A stretch of DNA of 64,000 nt, from positions 8,152 through 72,151 of the forward strand of contig JAWXBS010000136.1 in the NCBI GenBank assembly GCA_034440275.1, read 5' to 3'. Under the pieces are notes generated by a model. The model was not told where the DNA came from. It searched no databases and saw only the letters and a program-made list of their open reading frames with translations. The stretch is from Alphaproteobacteria bacterium (GTDB taxonomy: Bacteria; Pseudomonadota; Alphaproteobacteria; Caulobacterales; Aquidulcibacteraceae). The first letter of the stretch is position 1. Every line of letters begins with the position of its first letter. Below, piece by piece: positions 1-9,558 of this stretch. Both the position numbers and the translations under genes were made by a program.

Positions 1-669
1 GCATTCCTCGACGACCTTGAGCTTCTGCGACAGGAGGCGGGCGCGGTCGTTGAGTTCGTATTCCTCGGCGAGGGCCGCATGCAGGCGCTGCAGGTCCGGG
101 CGTTCCCACATCATGTCGGGCCGGTCGCTGACCTCGACGCCGCCGACGATGCGCGCCTGCGCGCTCAGCGCGTCGCCCATCATGGAGGCCAGCGTGCGGA
201 AGCGGATGCTCGACCCGCCGGTGAGGGAGAGATCGCGCGCGAACGGCTCGATGCGATCGAAAACGGTTGTCACCTGCTTCTCGTCCTGCGCGAGGGCGAC
301 GCTCTTGGCGAGCGCATCGGCCACGGTCAGCAGACGCTCGTCGGACATGTCGATGAGACCGATGAGATCGCCCGTCACCTGATCGCGCGCGAAGACGCCG
401 GCGGCGATCACCGCACTTTCCGTTTCGCGCACGGCGAACGGATCGACGACGCGCTCCTTGATGCTCTCGATGATCTCGATTTGCGCTGCGCCTTCCACGC
501 CGAAGAAAACGATGGCGCCGAACCGGAAGAGCGCGACGAGCTCGCCGGTCTGCGTGCGCCACGCGAGCGGCGCCGGACTCACCACGCCCTCGGGACGGAA
601 CCCCCGCAGGTCGATGCGCTCGCCCAGCAGAACGGCATGGACCATGAGGGCGTCTGTGGCTTCGGTCAT
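1..669 (-). CDS. RMD1/DUF155 family protein, partial (3' end lies beyond the window start)
   Basis: Mirror of the complete copy at 59998..60789. Only the first 223 codons are inside the window. Confidence 0.8.
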   Translation of the reverse strand, partial: MTEATDALMVHAVLLGERIDLRGFRPEGVVSPAPLAWRTQTGELVALFRFGAIVFFGVEGAAQIEIIESIKERVVDPFAVRETESAVIAAGVFARDQVTGDLIGLIDMSDERLLTVADALAKSVALAQDEKQVTTVFDRIEPFARDLSLTGGSSIRFRTLASMMGDALSAQARIVGGVEVSDRPDMMWERPDLQRLHAALAEEYELNDRARLLSQKLKVVEEC

Positions 670-724
670 GGGGCTGTTTAGCAGGCCCGCGTCACACGCG
701 CACGCACCTGCGGTGATGCGCGAT

Positions 725-2602
725 TCAGTCCCGCGGGTTTTCGGTCCCGGGCGTTCCCGCGACCGCGTCGCCCGGCCGGTGCGGCTTCTGGCGACCGCGT
801 CGGTCCTGGCGTCGCAGTTCCACGAGATAGGCGGCGAGGGCTGCGGAGTCCCCTGCGGTCAGACCCTGGTTGGGCATGGCGACGGTGTCGCCGAGCGATT
901 CCGGATCGGCCAGGAAGCGGGCGAGCGCGGCTTCGTTCCACGCACCGGGCGCGCGCTTCAAGGCGCTGGAATATTCAAAGCCGGCCTCGGCGCCGATATT
1001 GCGCTCGGCGACATTGCGCAGCTGCGGGCCTGCGCTCGCGCCGCCCACGAGGCTGTGGCACTCCGCGCACTGGGCGCCGAAAATCTCGGCGCCGTGACGC
1101 GCGAGCGCGAGGCGTTTCTTCGACAACCCGTTGTCGACGATGTGCGGCACGGTGGCGCTTTCGGCATCGTAGATGCGACCCTTGCCGTGGCCTGCGCCGT
1201 TGCGGAGCAGCACCATGGCGAACCGGTTGTCGAGCACGGCGATGCGGCCGTCCGGCAGCACCTCGATGTCGCGCACCGCGCGGCCCGCCATCCCGATCTG
1301 CTCGGCGTAGATGGCGTCGTTTCCTTCCAGGCGGATGCGGAAGAGACTGCTCGCACGCAGCGAGCCGACGAGAAGATCGCCGCGCCAGTTGGGGAATGCG
1401 TCGCCGGGCGCCTCGACGAGATTGGTGACGCCGATGGACGGCAACCATGCATAGACCGGCGGCTGAAATCCTTCGTGGCGCCCTTCCGTCGTCGCGCCCG
1501 GCCAGGGACGCATGTCGTAGTTCACGCCGTAGGTGACCTTCGGCCACCCGAGGTTCGAGCCTTCATGCACGAGATTGAGTTCGTCGCCGCCGTGCGGCCC
1601 GTGTTCTGTTTCCCAGATGCGACCGCGTGAATCGCGCAGGAGGCCCTGCGCGTTGCGTTCGCCCATGGCGAAGATCGAGGTCTCTCCCGTTTCCTTGTCG
1701 ACGAGCAGGATCTTTCCCATCGTCACCGTGGGGTCCTGCGAGACATCGACGGCGCGGCCTTCGAACACCCACTGATCGCCCACCGTCATCAGCAGATGCT
1801 GCGCGTCGAAATCGAGCATGCGCCCGCCCGAGAGGTGGCCGGCGAACGGGGCGATTTCCTTCGCGTGATCACCGAGGACCGGAAAGCACGGCGTGGCGGT
1901 GAAGATCTTTTTCCATGCACCGGTCTGGCGCACGAGCCCGCCATCGATCGTGATGTCGGTGCGGCTGAGGCGAAACTCCATGCACTCTGGCGTGAACCAG
2001 TGGTGCGTCGCGTAGAGCGTGTAGGCGCCCTCGCCGCGCTTCACTGCGAAGATGTCGTTGATGCGGAACCACTTGCGGTTGAGCCCCGGCGTGTTCCAGA
2101 GGGGGTGCGCCTTGAACGTGGCGAGGTTGATCGGCGAGGTGATCTCGGCGCGCGTGTGGGCGGCGGTGTTGGTGTCGAGGCCGATGAAGTCGCCCTCCCC
2201 CGTCGCCGCGAGCAGAAAGCCGCCATCGAGCTGCGTCATGGCGCCGGCGCGGGTGGGCGTCGGCGAGAGCGCGATGACGTTCATCTCCAGGTCCTGGAGC
2301 TCGGTCGGAAACTTGACCCACTCCTGCGCCTGGGCGCGCACGGCCGCATCGCCGCGTACCAGCCGGTCGGCCCAGTCGAAGGCGTGATCGACGACCGCCG
2401 TGCCGTAGGCGCGGATGCGTTCGGGTGTGGCCACCTGCCAGAGCGTGGCGCGGATCAGGAAATAGCCGCCGATCATGGCGGCGCCCGTGTAGGCCGCCAG
2501 ATAGAACGCCATCTTCCAGTAGCGTGCGACCATCCGGGGCGCCGCACGAAGCGCGCTGAGGGCTGCGGAGACCCGCAACCAGGATGGCAAACTGAATTTC
2601 AT
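725..2602 (-). CDS. Membrane-anchored PQQ-dependent sugar (sorbosone/aldose) dehydrogenase fused to a C-terminal c-type cytochrome domain
   Basis: 625-aa ORF. It has an N-terminal hydrophobic helix, beta-propeller dehydrogenase motifs (GGDELNLVHEGSNLGWP) and a C-terminal CAECH haem-binding site with a downstream Met-Pro ligand region. Confidence 0.8.
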   Translation of the reverse strand: MKFSLPSWLRVSAALSALRAAPRMVARYWKMAFYLAAYTGAAMIGGYFLIRATLWQVATPERIRAYGTAVVDHAFDWADRLVRGDAAVRAQAQEWVKFPTELQDLEMNVIALSPTPTRAGAMTQLDGGFLLAATGEGDFIGLDTNTAAHTRAEITSPINLATFKAHPLWNTPGLNRKWFRINDIFAVKRGEGAYTLYATHHWFTPECMEFRLSRTDITIDGGLVRQTGAWKKIFTATPCFPVLGDHAKEIAPFAGHLSGGRMLDFDAQHLLMTVGDQWVFEGRAVDVSQDPTVTMGKILLVDKETGETSIFAMGERNAQGLLRDSRGRIWETEHGPHGGDELNLVHEGSNLGWPKVTYGVNYDMRPWPGATTEGRHEGFQPPVYAWLPSIGVTNLVEAPGDAFPNWRGDLLVGSLRASSLFRIRLEGNDAIYAEQIGMAGRAVRDIEVLPDGRIAVLDNRFAMVLLRNGAGHGKGRIYDAESATVPHIVDNGLSKKRLALARHGAEIFGAQCAECHSLVGGASAGPQLRNVAERNIGAEAGFEYSSALKRAPGAWNEAALARFLADPESLGDTVAMPNQGLTAGDSAALAAYLVELRRQDRRGRQKPHRPGDAVAGTPGTENPRD

Positions 2603-3023
2603 GGCGATGACGATCCTGTGATCAGACTATCCACACAATGGGTCGTCGCCCACAGGTGATTCTTCGCGCGCGCGTTCAGGTGGGAGGAGATGCGCCAACG
2701 GAGACAGGCGTTGGATCATATTGGGGCGCAGCGGTGCGAATCGAACGCCGCGACGCCCCTCCCGCCGGTGTTTTCAGCAGCCGCGCCAGCAGCGCCCGAG
2801 GCGACTGCGATCGGCGCAGCGAGCCTTCCCGCCAATCGTTAACGCCTGTCCATGCGCCGTCCCGGCCGAAACGGGTGATGGGCTGCATGGGCATGGCGCC
2901 CCTCGCGCCGTTCAGATGTTTCCCGGGCGGGTTAACGTGTTTCCCAAGACCCTTCACACCTTGTTCACGAAAAAAACTGCCCACCCCCTCCAGGGCCGTT
3001 GACCGACTCTTAGGACACAGGGA

Positions 3024-3039
3024 TCACTATATGTAGCGG
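3024..3039 (+). promoter_or_regulatory. Candidate NrdR box upstream of the RNR gene
   Basis: tcaCTATATGTAGcgg matches 9 of 10 core positions of the NrdR-box consensus CwAtATaTwG. It lies 68 nt upstream of the RNR start codon. Confidence 0.35.
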
Positions 3040-3106
3040 TACAGACAAACACCGACCGCCGGATATAGCGCGTGCGCTCAACGCGACTCCGGTTAAGAAC
3101 AGGTTA

Positions 3107-4993
3107 ATGGAGAGACGGATGTTTCGTAACGAGGCGGTGGCTGCGGCTCCCACAAGACTGGCCGATCACCGTCGCGGGAAGCCCAAGGCGGTCAAGGATC
3201 GACTGGCCCTCGTCAAGAAGATCAAGACCGATCCGTCGCGCGACGCGCTGCTGACGGACTTCGGCAAGACCACGCTGGACGACCGCTATCTGCTGGTCGG
3301 CGAGACCTATCAGGACATGTTCGCCCGGGTCGCCACGGCCTATGCCGACGACCTCGAGCACGGCCAGCGCATCTACGACTACATCTCCCGCCTCTGGTTC
3401 ATGCCGGCGACGCCCGTCCTCTCCAATGGCGGCGCCGATCGCGGCCTGCCGATCTCGTGCTTTCTCAACAGCGTCGGCGACAGCCTCGACCACATCGTCG
3501 ACACTTGGAACGAAAATGTCTGGCTCGCCTCCAATGGCGGCGGCATCGGCACCTATTGGGGTGGCGTGCGCTCCATCGGCGAGAAGGTCGGCCAGAACGG
3601 CCAGACGTCCGGCATCATCCCGTTCATCCACGTGATGGACAGCCTCACGCTCGCCATCAGCCAGGGATCGCTCCGTCGCGGCTCGGCGGCCGTGTATCTC
3701 GACGTGCACCACCCCGAGATCGAGGAATTCCTCGAAATCCGGAAGCCGTCGGGCGATTTCAACCGCAAGTCGCTAAACCTGCACCACGGCATCAACATCT
3801 CCGACGAGTTCATGATCGCGGTGCGCGACGGCACGCCGTTCGGCCTGCGCTCGCCGAAGAACAACGAGGTCGTGAAGCTCACTGACGCCCGCAAGATCTG
3901 GCAGAAGATCATCGAGCTGCGCCTGCAAACGGGCGAGCCCTACATCATCTTCTCCGACACCGTGAACAACCAGATGCCGGCGCACCAGAAACGCCTGGGT
4001 CTGAAGGTCCGCCAAAGCAATCTCTGCTCCGAGATCATGCTCCACACCGGTGTCGACCATCTCGGTCGCGACCGGACGGCCGTGTGCTGCCTGTCTTCGC
4101 TCAACGCGGAGAAGTTCCTCGAATGGGAGAAGGAAGAGGGCTTCCTCGAAGACATCTTCCGCTTCCTCGACAACGTGCTGCAGGATTTCATCGAGCGCGC
4201 ACCGTCGGAAATGGAACGCGCGGTGTATGCGGCGTATCGCGAGCGCAGCGTGGGGCTGGGAGTCATGGGCTTCCACTCCTTCCTGCAGGCGCTGAACGTG
4301 CCGTTTGAATCCGCGATGGCGAAGTCGTGGAACATGAAGATCTTCAAGCATGTGCGCCGTGGCGCGGATGCGGCGAGCGTGAAGCTCGCGCAGGAACGCG
4401 GCCCCTGCCCCGACGCGCAGGAAGCGGGCGTCATGGCGCGCTTCTCCCACAAGCTCGCGATCGCGCCGACGGCGTCGATCTCGATCATCTGCGGCGGCAC
4501 GTCGGCGGGCATCGAACCGATCCCGGCCAACATCTACACGCACAAGACGCTCTCGGGCTCGTTCTCGGTGAAGAACCCCTATCTCGAGGCGCTCATCGAA
4601 TCGAAGGGCAAGAACACCGAGGACATCTGGAACTCGATCCTCGCGAACGAAGGCTCGGTGCAGCACCTGGAATTCCTGAACGACGACGAAAAGGCGGTGT
4701 TCAAGACCGCGTTCGAACTCGACCAGCGCTGGATCATCGAACTCGCCGCCGACCGCACGCCGCTCATCTGCCAGTCGCAGTCGCTCAACATCTTCCTGCC
4801 GGGCGATGTCGATAAGTGGGACCTGCACATGCTGCACTGGATGGCGTGGGAGCAGGGCGTGAAGAGCCTCTACTACTGCCGCTCCAAGAGCGTGCAACGC
4901 GCCGGCTTCGCGCAAGGCGAAGGCATGAAGGCCGAAGCCGCCGCCTATTCGTCGAACAAGACGGATTACGAGGAATGTCTGGCTTGCCAGTGA
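3107..4993 (+). CDS. nrdA: Ribonucleoside-diphosphate reductase large (alpha) subunit, class I type
   Basis: 628-aa ORF with the NLCSEI active-site motif and C-terminal YEECLACQ shuttle cysteines. The start could instead be the Met at 3119. No nrdB-like ORF occurs anywhere in the window. Confidence 0.85.
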   Translation: MERRMFRNEAVAAAPTRLADHRRGKPKAVKDRLALVKKIKTDPSRDALLTDFGKTTLDDRYLLVGETYQDMFARVATAYADDLEHGQRIYDYISRLWFMPATPVLSNGGADRGLPISCFLNSVGDSLDHIVDTWNENVWLASNGGGIGTYWGGVRSIGEKVGQNGQTSGIIPFIHVMDSLTLAISQGSLRRGSAAVYLDVHHPEIEEFLEIRKPSGDFNRKSLNLHHGINISDEFMIAVRDGTPFGLRSPKNNEVVKLTDARKIWQKIIELRLQTGEPYIIFSDTVNNQMPAHQKRLGLKVRQSNLCSEIMLHTGVDHLGRDRTAVCCLSSLNAEKFLEWEKEEGFLEDIFRFLDNVLQDFIERAPSEMERAVYAAYRERSVGLGVMGFHSFLQALNVPFESAMAKSWNMKIFKHVRRGADAASVKLAQERGPCPDAQEAGVMARFSHKLAIAPTASISIICGGTSAGIEPIPANIYTHKTLSGSFSVKNPYLEALIESKGKNTEDIWNSILANEGSVQHLEFLNDDEKAVFKTAFELDQRWIIELAADRTPLICQSQSLNIFLPGDVDKWDLHMLHWMAWEQGVKSLYYCRSKSVQRAGFAQGEGMKAEAAAYSSNKTDYEECLACQ

Positions 4994-5577
4994 TTGCTCG
5001 GCCTCTGCGCCTGTTCATAAGCCACTCGTGGGACCATGAAGGTCACCGTGACGGCCTCGCTGACCTGATCTCCGCAGAGTGGATGAATCCATTTTCTTGG
5101 ATCGATCTATCCGTTCCAAAGGATAACCCACTCCATGTGCGCGGAGACATGGAATTGGAGACCGCTCTAAGGCGGCGCATCGCTGCATCAGACGCGGTTT
5201 TGGCTTTTGCGGGAATATACTCTTCTCGAAGTGATTGGATCGAATTCGAGGTCAAAACCGCTTGGGCGCAATTCAAACCGATCATCGCGGTCCGGCCACG
5301 CGCTCAGCATAAACTGTCACGAGTAGTGATTGATCGTGCCGCTGAAATTGTCGGCTGGAATGGCAACTCTGCTCGAAATGCCATTCTCAAGCACCTCCCC
5401 GAGATCACCCTTGAAGCGGTGCTGCCTCGTCTGCGCCGAAGTGAGCTTGTCGCTAGGACTTTGGCCGCCCGGACCAGTACAGGCTCGCGTCACTTGTACC
5501 CGCTACACACGCACGTTGCGCCAAGATCGAACGGGAGTGCACTGAACGCCCTAAGTTCAAGGGCGCGCTATTGGTGA
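4975..5577 (+). CDS. TIR-like (DUF1863 / ThsB-like) domain protein
   Basis: RLFISHSWDHEGHRD ... SRSDWIEFEVKTAW ... KPIIAVRP ... EIVGWNGNSARNAI follows the layout of TIR-like DUF1863 proteins. The region is AT-richer than its flanks. An alternative GTG start at 4990 overlaps the nrdA TGA (GTGA). The C-terminal ~50 aa look low-complexity. Confidence 0.6.
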   Translation: MSGLPVIARPLRLFISHSWDHEGHRDGLADLISAEWMNPFSWIDLSVPKDNPLHVRGDMELETALRRRIAASDAVLAFAGIYSSRSDWIEFEVKTAWAQFKPIIAVRPRAQHKLSRVVIDRAAEIVGWNGNSARNAILKHLPEITLEAVLPRLRRSELVARTLAARTSTGSRHLYPLHTHVAPRSNGSALNALSSRARYW

Positions 5578-5627
5578 GGCATGGATTGCAGAGAGATTGA
5601 GCACTCTTTGCGAAGAAGATCGAAGTA

Positions 5628-6338
5628 TTACTTCAGCGGTAGCTCAGTTGTATCGGCGGGCGGTGCCTGCGATCCCGGCGCGGGACCGTAGGCGCGCTCG
5701 TACGCGGCCAGCTTGTCACGCAGTGCGCGCTGCGCACTGTCCGCCTCAGCAGACTTCTTCCGCGCCTCGGCGCGCAGGCGCCAATGGCGTTCCTTCACGA
5801 TGTTCTTCTCGTCCGGCTCCTGTCTGAAGAGAGAGTCGGCGTATCGTTCATTCATGACCGCATCCGCCGTCACGGTCAGCAGCGTCGGCCAGATCGACGG
5901 CGCGATGCGGAGGTAGGCCTCCGCCAGCCGTGCGAATTCCCGCGCGCGCGGATAATCGCCGTGCTGCAGCGCGATGCCCGACGCACCGAGCGTCAGATGA
6001 CCGAGTTCGGCCGCATCCGCGGGCGTGCCGTCGGGATCCCAGCGTATCGTCGCAAACGCGGCCTCGATGTCTTCGACCATCGCGCCGCGACGCGCGTCCG
6101 CGACGACCACGCGCGCGGCGTCCTCCGACACGCTCTCGCGCGCGATGGCTTCGGCGTTGTCGCGCTTGGTCCAGCCTCCGAGGCGCGCGTGACGATAGAT
6201 GCTGCTCGGCGAGACCTTCCACCGCTGCGCCAGCTTCCGCGCGGTCGCGCCGCGCTTGTAGGCCTCGCCGATCTCGGCCCAGGCTTCGGGCGTCAGGCGG
6301 TAATAGGTGGCGGGGGCTTGGGGATCGGCGTTGGCCAT
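5628..6338 (-). CDS. Hypothetical protein with an N-terminal helix-turn-helix
   Basis: 236-aa ORF. ATARKLAQRWKVSPSSIYRHARLGGW is an HTH-like segment. The rest is Ala/Arg-rich and helical, and I cannot assign it to a family. Confidence 0.55.
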   Translation of the reverse strand: MANADPQAPATYYRLTPEAWAEIGEAYKRGATARKLAQRWKVSPSSIYRHARLGGWTKRDNAEAIARESVSEDAARVVVADARRGAMVEDIEAAFATIRWDPDGTPADAAELGHLTLGASGIALQHGDYPRAREFARLAEAYLRIAPSIWPTLLTVTADAVMNERYADSLFRQEPDEKNIVKERHWRLRAEARKKSAEADSAQRALRDKLAAYERAYGPAPGSQAPPADTTELPLK

Positions 6339-6432
6339 GGGGGTGCTCCTCTGAAAGAGTGGAGCATGGCGCCGTGCGGGACCCGGTCGGATTGCGACGT
6401 GAGAATCCCCGTATTTCGACCTCTAAACTCCC

Positions 6433-6458
6433 CCTTCTCCCCCTCACGGGGGAGAAGG
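6433..6458. repeat. REP-like hairpin CCTTCTCCCCC-tcac-GGGGGAGAAGG
   Basis: 11-bp perfect stem read directly. It overlaps the stop of the 154-aa ORF and belongs to the CCCTCNCCC/GGGNGAGGG family seen at 13599, 13640, 13722 and 14926. Confidence 0.7.
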
Positions 6459-6908
6459 AACACTTCGCTTGGCTCTCGATTGAATGATCGAGCTTTCTTC
6501 ATCATCAGAATTCTGAAGGGACGACTTCAGCTTGTCCTCGGCGACGCCGGTCGCGAACTCCCCTGCAACATCAGCAGCATCTGGTCCTTCGCTGGTGGTC
6601 ACCTGCGAAGAAGTCGTCGTGGGCTTCTGCGCCAGCAGCCCACCACCGAGATCATCGGAAGATGTTGCTCCAGCTCGCTCAAGATCATCGAGTGGGCCTT
6701 TGGCGCCATTCTTGGCGCCGCGAATAACATCATCTGTTGCAGCAACTGCGCGCTCGGCGGGACGAACCAGATGCCGGCCCACGTCATCAACATGATGAGC
6801 GCCGAAAAAAAGCACCTTGATCGCAACTAAGCCAGCGATCGCGAACACCCCCGCTACGACCTTCCCAAGAATGGATTGGGACTCTTCAGCCACCCCCTCA
6901 ATCCTCAT
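6444..6908 (-). CDS. Hypothetical single-pass membrane protein with an acidic Ser/Thr/Asp-rich tail
   Basis: 154-aa ORF with one hydrophobic helix ([19 protein letters not shown]). The start overlaps the lepA stop by 11 nt. The sequence is AT-richer than the flanks. Confidence 0.45.
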   Translation of the reverse strand: MRIEGVAEESQSILGKVVAGVFAIAGLVAIKVLFFGAHHVDDVGRHLVRPAERAVAATDDVIRGAKNGAKGPLDDLERAGATSSDDLGGGLLAQKPTTTSSQVTTSEGPDAADVAGEFATGVAEDKLKSSLQNSDDEESSIIQSRAKRSVPSPP

Positions 6909-8706
6909 CCATCTTCAACGCCGCGATGAACGCCTCTTGCGGAATATCCACCTTCCCGAATTGCCGCATCTTCTTCTTCCCCTCTTTCTGCTTGTCGAGG
7001 AGCTTGCGCTTGCGGGAGATGTCGCCGCCGTAGCATTTCGCGGTCACGTCCTTGCGCAGCGCTGAGATGGTTTCGCGCGCGATGATGCGGCCGCCAATCG
7101 CGGCTTGAATTGGTATTTTAAACAAATGCTGCGGGATCAGCTCCTTGAGCTTCTCGCACATCACGCGCCCGCGCTGTTCGGCGCGACCGGCGTGGACGAG
7201 CATGGAGAGCGCGTCGACCGGCTCGTCGTTCACGAGGATCGACATCTTCACGAGATTGCCGGGCTTGTAGTCCTCGATCGCGTAATCGAAGGAGGCATAG
7301 CCCTTCGAGACGCTCTTCAGCCGGTCATAGAAATCGAACACCACTTCGTTGAGCGGCAGTTCGTAGATCAGCATGGCGCGCGCGCCGACATAGGAGAGAT
7401 CGCGCTGTACGCCGCGGCGATCCTGGCAGAGCTTGAGGATGGCGCCGAGATATTCGTCGGGCGTGAGGATGGTGGCCTTGATCCACGGCTCGTGGATTTC
7501 GTTGATGCGCGTGGTGTCGGGCATGTCGGCGGGGTTGTGCAGTTCGCGGATTTCGCCGTCGTTCATGTGGACTTTGTAAACGACGCTCGGCGCGGTCGCG
7601 ATGAGGTCGAGATTGAACTCGCGTGTCAGCCGCTCCTGGATGATTTCCAGGTGCAGCAATCCAAGAAAGCCGCAGCGGAAGCCGAAGCCGAGCGCGGCGG
7701 ACGTCTCCATTTCATACGAGAAGCTCGCATCGTTGAGGCGCAAGCGGCCCATGGCGGCGCGCAGGTCTTCGAAATTCGCCGCATCCGTCGGGAAGAGGCC
7801 GCAGAAGACCACGGGTTGCGCGGGCTTGAAGCCCGAGAGCGCGGTCGTGACGCCGCCCTTCTCGAGGGTGATGGTGTCGCCCACGCGCGCGTCGGCGACT
7901 TCCTTGATGTTGGCGATGAGGAAGCCGATTTCGCCGGGGCCGAGATCGTCGACGTCCTGCGCCTTCGGGCGGAAGACGCCGACCTTGTCGACGCCGTAGG
8001 TGGAGTCGGTCTGCATCATCTTGATGCGCATGCCCTTCTTGAGCACGCCGTCGATGACGCGCACGAGCACGACGACGCCCATATACGCGTCGTACCAGGC
8101 GTCCACGAGCATGGCTTTCAGCGGCTTGGTCGCGTCGCCTTCCTTGGGCGGCGGCAGGCGCGTGACGATGGCTTCCAGCACGTCCTCGATGCCGATGCCG
8201 GTTTTCGCGGAGATGAGGACGGCGTTGGAGGCGTCGAGGCCGATGACGTCCTCGATCTGGTCGCGGATGCGATCGGGCTCGGCGGCGGGGAGATCGATCT
8301 TGTTGAGGACGGGGACGATTTCCAGATTGTTGTCGAGCGCTTGATAGACATTGGCCAGAGTCTGCGCTTCCACGCCCTGCGATGCATCGACGACAAGCAA
8401 TGCGCCTTCGCACGCGGCGAGGCTGCGGCTCACCTCATAGGCGAAGTCCACGTGGCCGGGGGTGTCGATGAGGTTCAGCACATAGTCGAGGCCGTCATGG
8501 GCCTTGTAGTCGAGGCGGACGGTCTGGGCCTTGATGGTGATGCCGCGCTCGCGCTCGATGTCCATCGAGTCGAGGACCTGCTCCTTCATCTCGCGCGCCT
8601 GCAGGCCGCCCGTGAACTGGATCAGCCGGTCCGACAGGGTCGATTTGCCGTGGTCGATGTGCGCCACGATCGAAAAATTGCGGATGCGGTCGATGGGAAA
8701 TGACAT
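6898..8706 (-). CDS. lepA: Elongation factor 4 (translational GTPase LepA)
   Basis: 602 aa counted from [28 protein letters not shown], with the GTPase motifs DTPGHVDF and NKID. The longer 875-aa track ORF is an upstream read-through. Confidence 0.95.
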   Translation of the reverse strand: MSFPIDRIRNFSIVAHIDHGKSTLSDRLIQFTGGLQAREMKEQVLDSMDIERERGITIKAQTVRLDYKAHDGLDYVLNLIDTPGHVDFAYEVSRSLAACEGALLVVDASQGVEAQTLANVYQALDNNLEIVPVLNKIDLPAAEPDRIRDQIEDVIGLDASNAVLISAKTGIGIEDVLEAIVTRLPPPKEGDATKPLKAMLVDAWYDAYMGVVVLVRVIDGVLKKGMRIKMMQTDSTYGVDKVGVFRPKAQDVDDLGPGEIGFLIANIKEVADARVGDTITLEKGGVTTALSGFKPAQPVVFCGLFPTDAANFEDLRAAMGRLRLNDASFSYEMETSAALGFGFRCGFLGLLHLEIIQERLTREFNLDLIATAPSVVYKVHMNDGEIRELHNPADMPDTTRINEIHEPWIKATILTPDEYLGAILKLCQDRRGVQRDLSYVGARAMLIYELPLNEVVFDFYDRLKSVSKGYASFDYAIEDYKPGNLVKMSILVNDEPVDALSMLVHAGRAEQRGRVMCEKLKELIPQHLFKIPIQAAIGGRIIARETISALRKDVTAKCYGGDISRKRKLLDKQKEGKKKMRQFGKVDIPQEAFIAALKMDED

Positions 8707-8859
8707 GGCGCGGGAGGTAACACCGCCCCCCGCCCCCGCCAAGGCGGCGACGCCCAAGGGACATTGCGGCGGATTCACCTCCCCGCTGGCGCGCTCGCTC
8801 GCGTCCGCAGCAGCGCCCGTATAGGCTTCGGTCCGACTGTTTCCGTTCGAGGACCGCCC

Positions 8860-9489
8860 ATGCCGACCCGTCGCGACATCGCCCTTGGCCTGACCGTGGC
8901 ACTGCCTGCCGCCGCTCTCGGTATGGCGCATGCCCAGACGCCGGATCCCTACGCGACCACGACCACCACCTATCCCGCGCCACCCGCCCCCGCCCCGCAA
9001 CCGGACAACACCTTCTCCGAAGACGAAGTCGTGCAGGCGGCGGAGGACTTCTTCGACAGCGCCGCCGGCGGGGGCGCCGCCGTTGTCGCGCGCGTGTTCC
9101 GCGAACAGGGCCGGCCTGTCGGCTACATCACCGGTCGCGAAGGCGCCGGCGCCTGGCTCATCGGCCTGCGCTACGGCAAGGGCGATCTCTTCCTGAAAAC
9201 GGGCGAGCGCGCCGTCGTGAACTGGCAGGGCCCGTCTTTCGGCTTCGACTTCGGCGGCAACGCGTCGAAGGTCTTCACGCTCGTCTACGGCATGACCACC
9301 GCAGAGCAGATCTACAAGCGCTATCCCGGCGTCGAAGGGTCGGCCTACGTGATCGGGGGCCTTGGCGTGAACTATCAGGCGGCCGAAGGCGTGACGCTCG
9401 CGCCGATCCGGGCCGGCGTCGGCCTGCGCGGCGGGGCCAACGTCGGATATCTGGTCTACTCGCGCACCCGGCACATCCTTCCCTTCTGA
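8860..9489 (+). CDS. DUF1134-like exported protein, paralogue 1
   Basis: 209 aa counted from [26 protein letters not shown] (signal with twin Arg). The conserved core is FRE.GRP.GYI.G.E..GA...GLRYG.G.L..K....[21 protein letters not shown]. Confidence 0.65.
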   Translation: MPTRRDIALGLTVALPAAALGMAHAQTPDPYATTTTTYPAPPAPAPQPDNTFSEDEVVQAAEDFFDSAAGGGAAVVARVFREQGRPVGYITGREGAGAWLIGLRYGKGDLFLKTGERAVVNWQGPSFGFDFGGNASKVFTLVYGMTTAEQIYKRYPGVEGSAYVIGGLGVNYQAAEGVTLAPIRAGVGLRGGANVGYLVYSRTRHILPF

Positions 9490-9558
9490 AGATGCGCATC
9501 GGGAACCGCCGGCCGGCCGACGCATTTCCTCCCTGTCCCATCAAGGAGGCTTCAGGCC

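Noticed and set aside
3059-3073. A second NrdR box (ccggatatagcgcgt) forming the usual tandem pair
   Set aside because: It matches only about 9 of 15 consensus positions. Its centre lies 34 bp from the first box rather than the usual ~31-32 bp, which is too weak to call.
5628-6338. Prophage remnant (the HTH protein resembles small-terminase or phage-regulator N-termini)
   Set aside because: It is a single gene with only a generic HTH. The window has no capsid, portal, large terminase, integrase or lysis genes.
4975-6908. A complete Thoeris system
   Set aside because: No ThsA-like effector (SIR2, macro or SLOG domain) is present in the islet or its neighbours. Only a ThsB-like TIR protein is seen, so I report it as an orphan or unconventional candidate only.
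7105-8703. Long ORFs antisense to real genes (for example 7105..8703+, 15643..16953+, 3773..4915-, 27142..28980+, 13791..15083+, 60791..62341+ and their mirrors)
   Set aside because: These are typical shadow ORFs of high-GC DNA. Their translations are Arg/Ala/Gly/Asp-rich and low-complexity, with no motifs. Each lies opposite a confidently identified gene.
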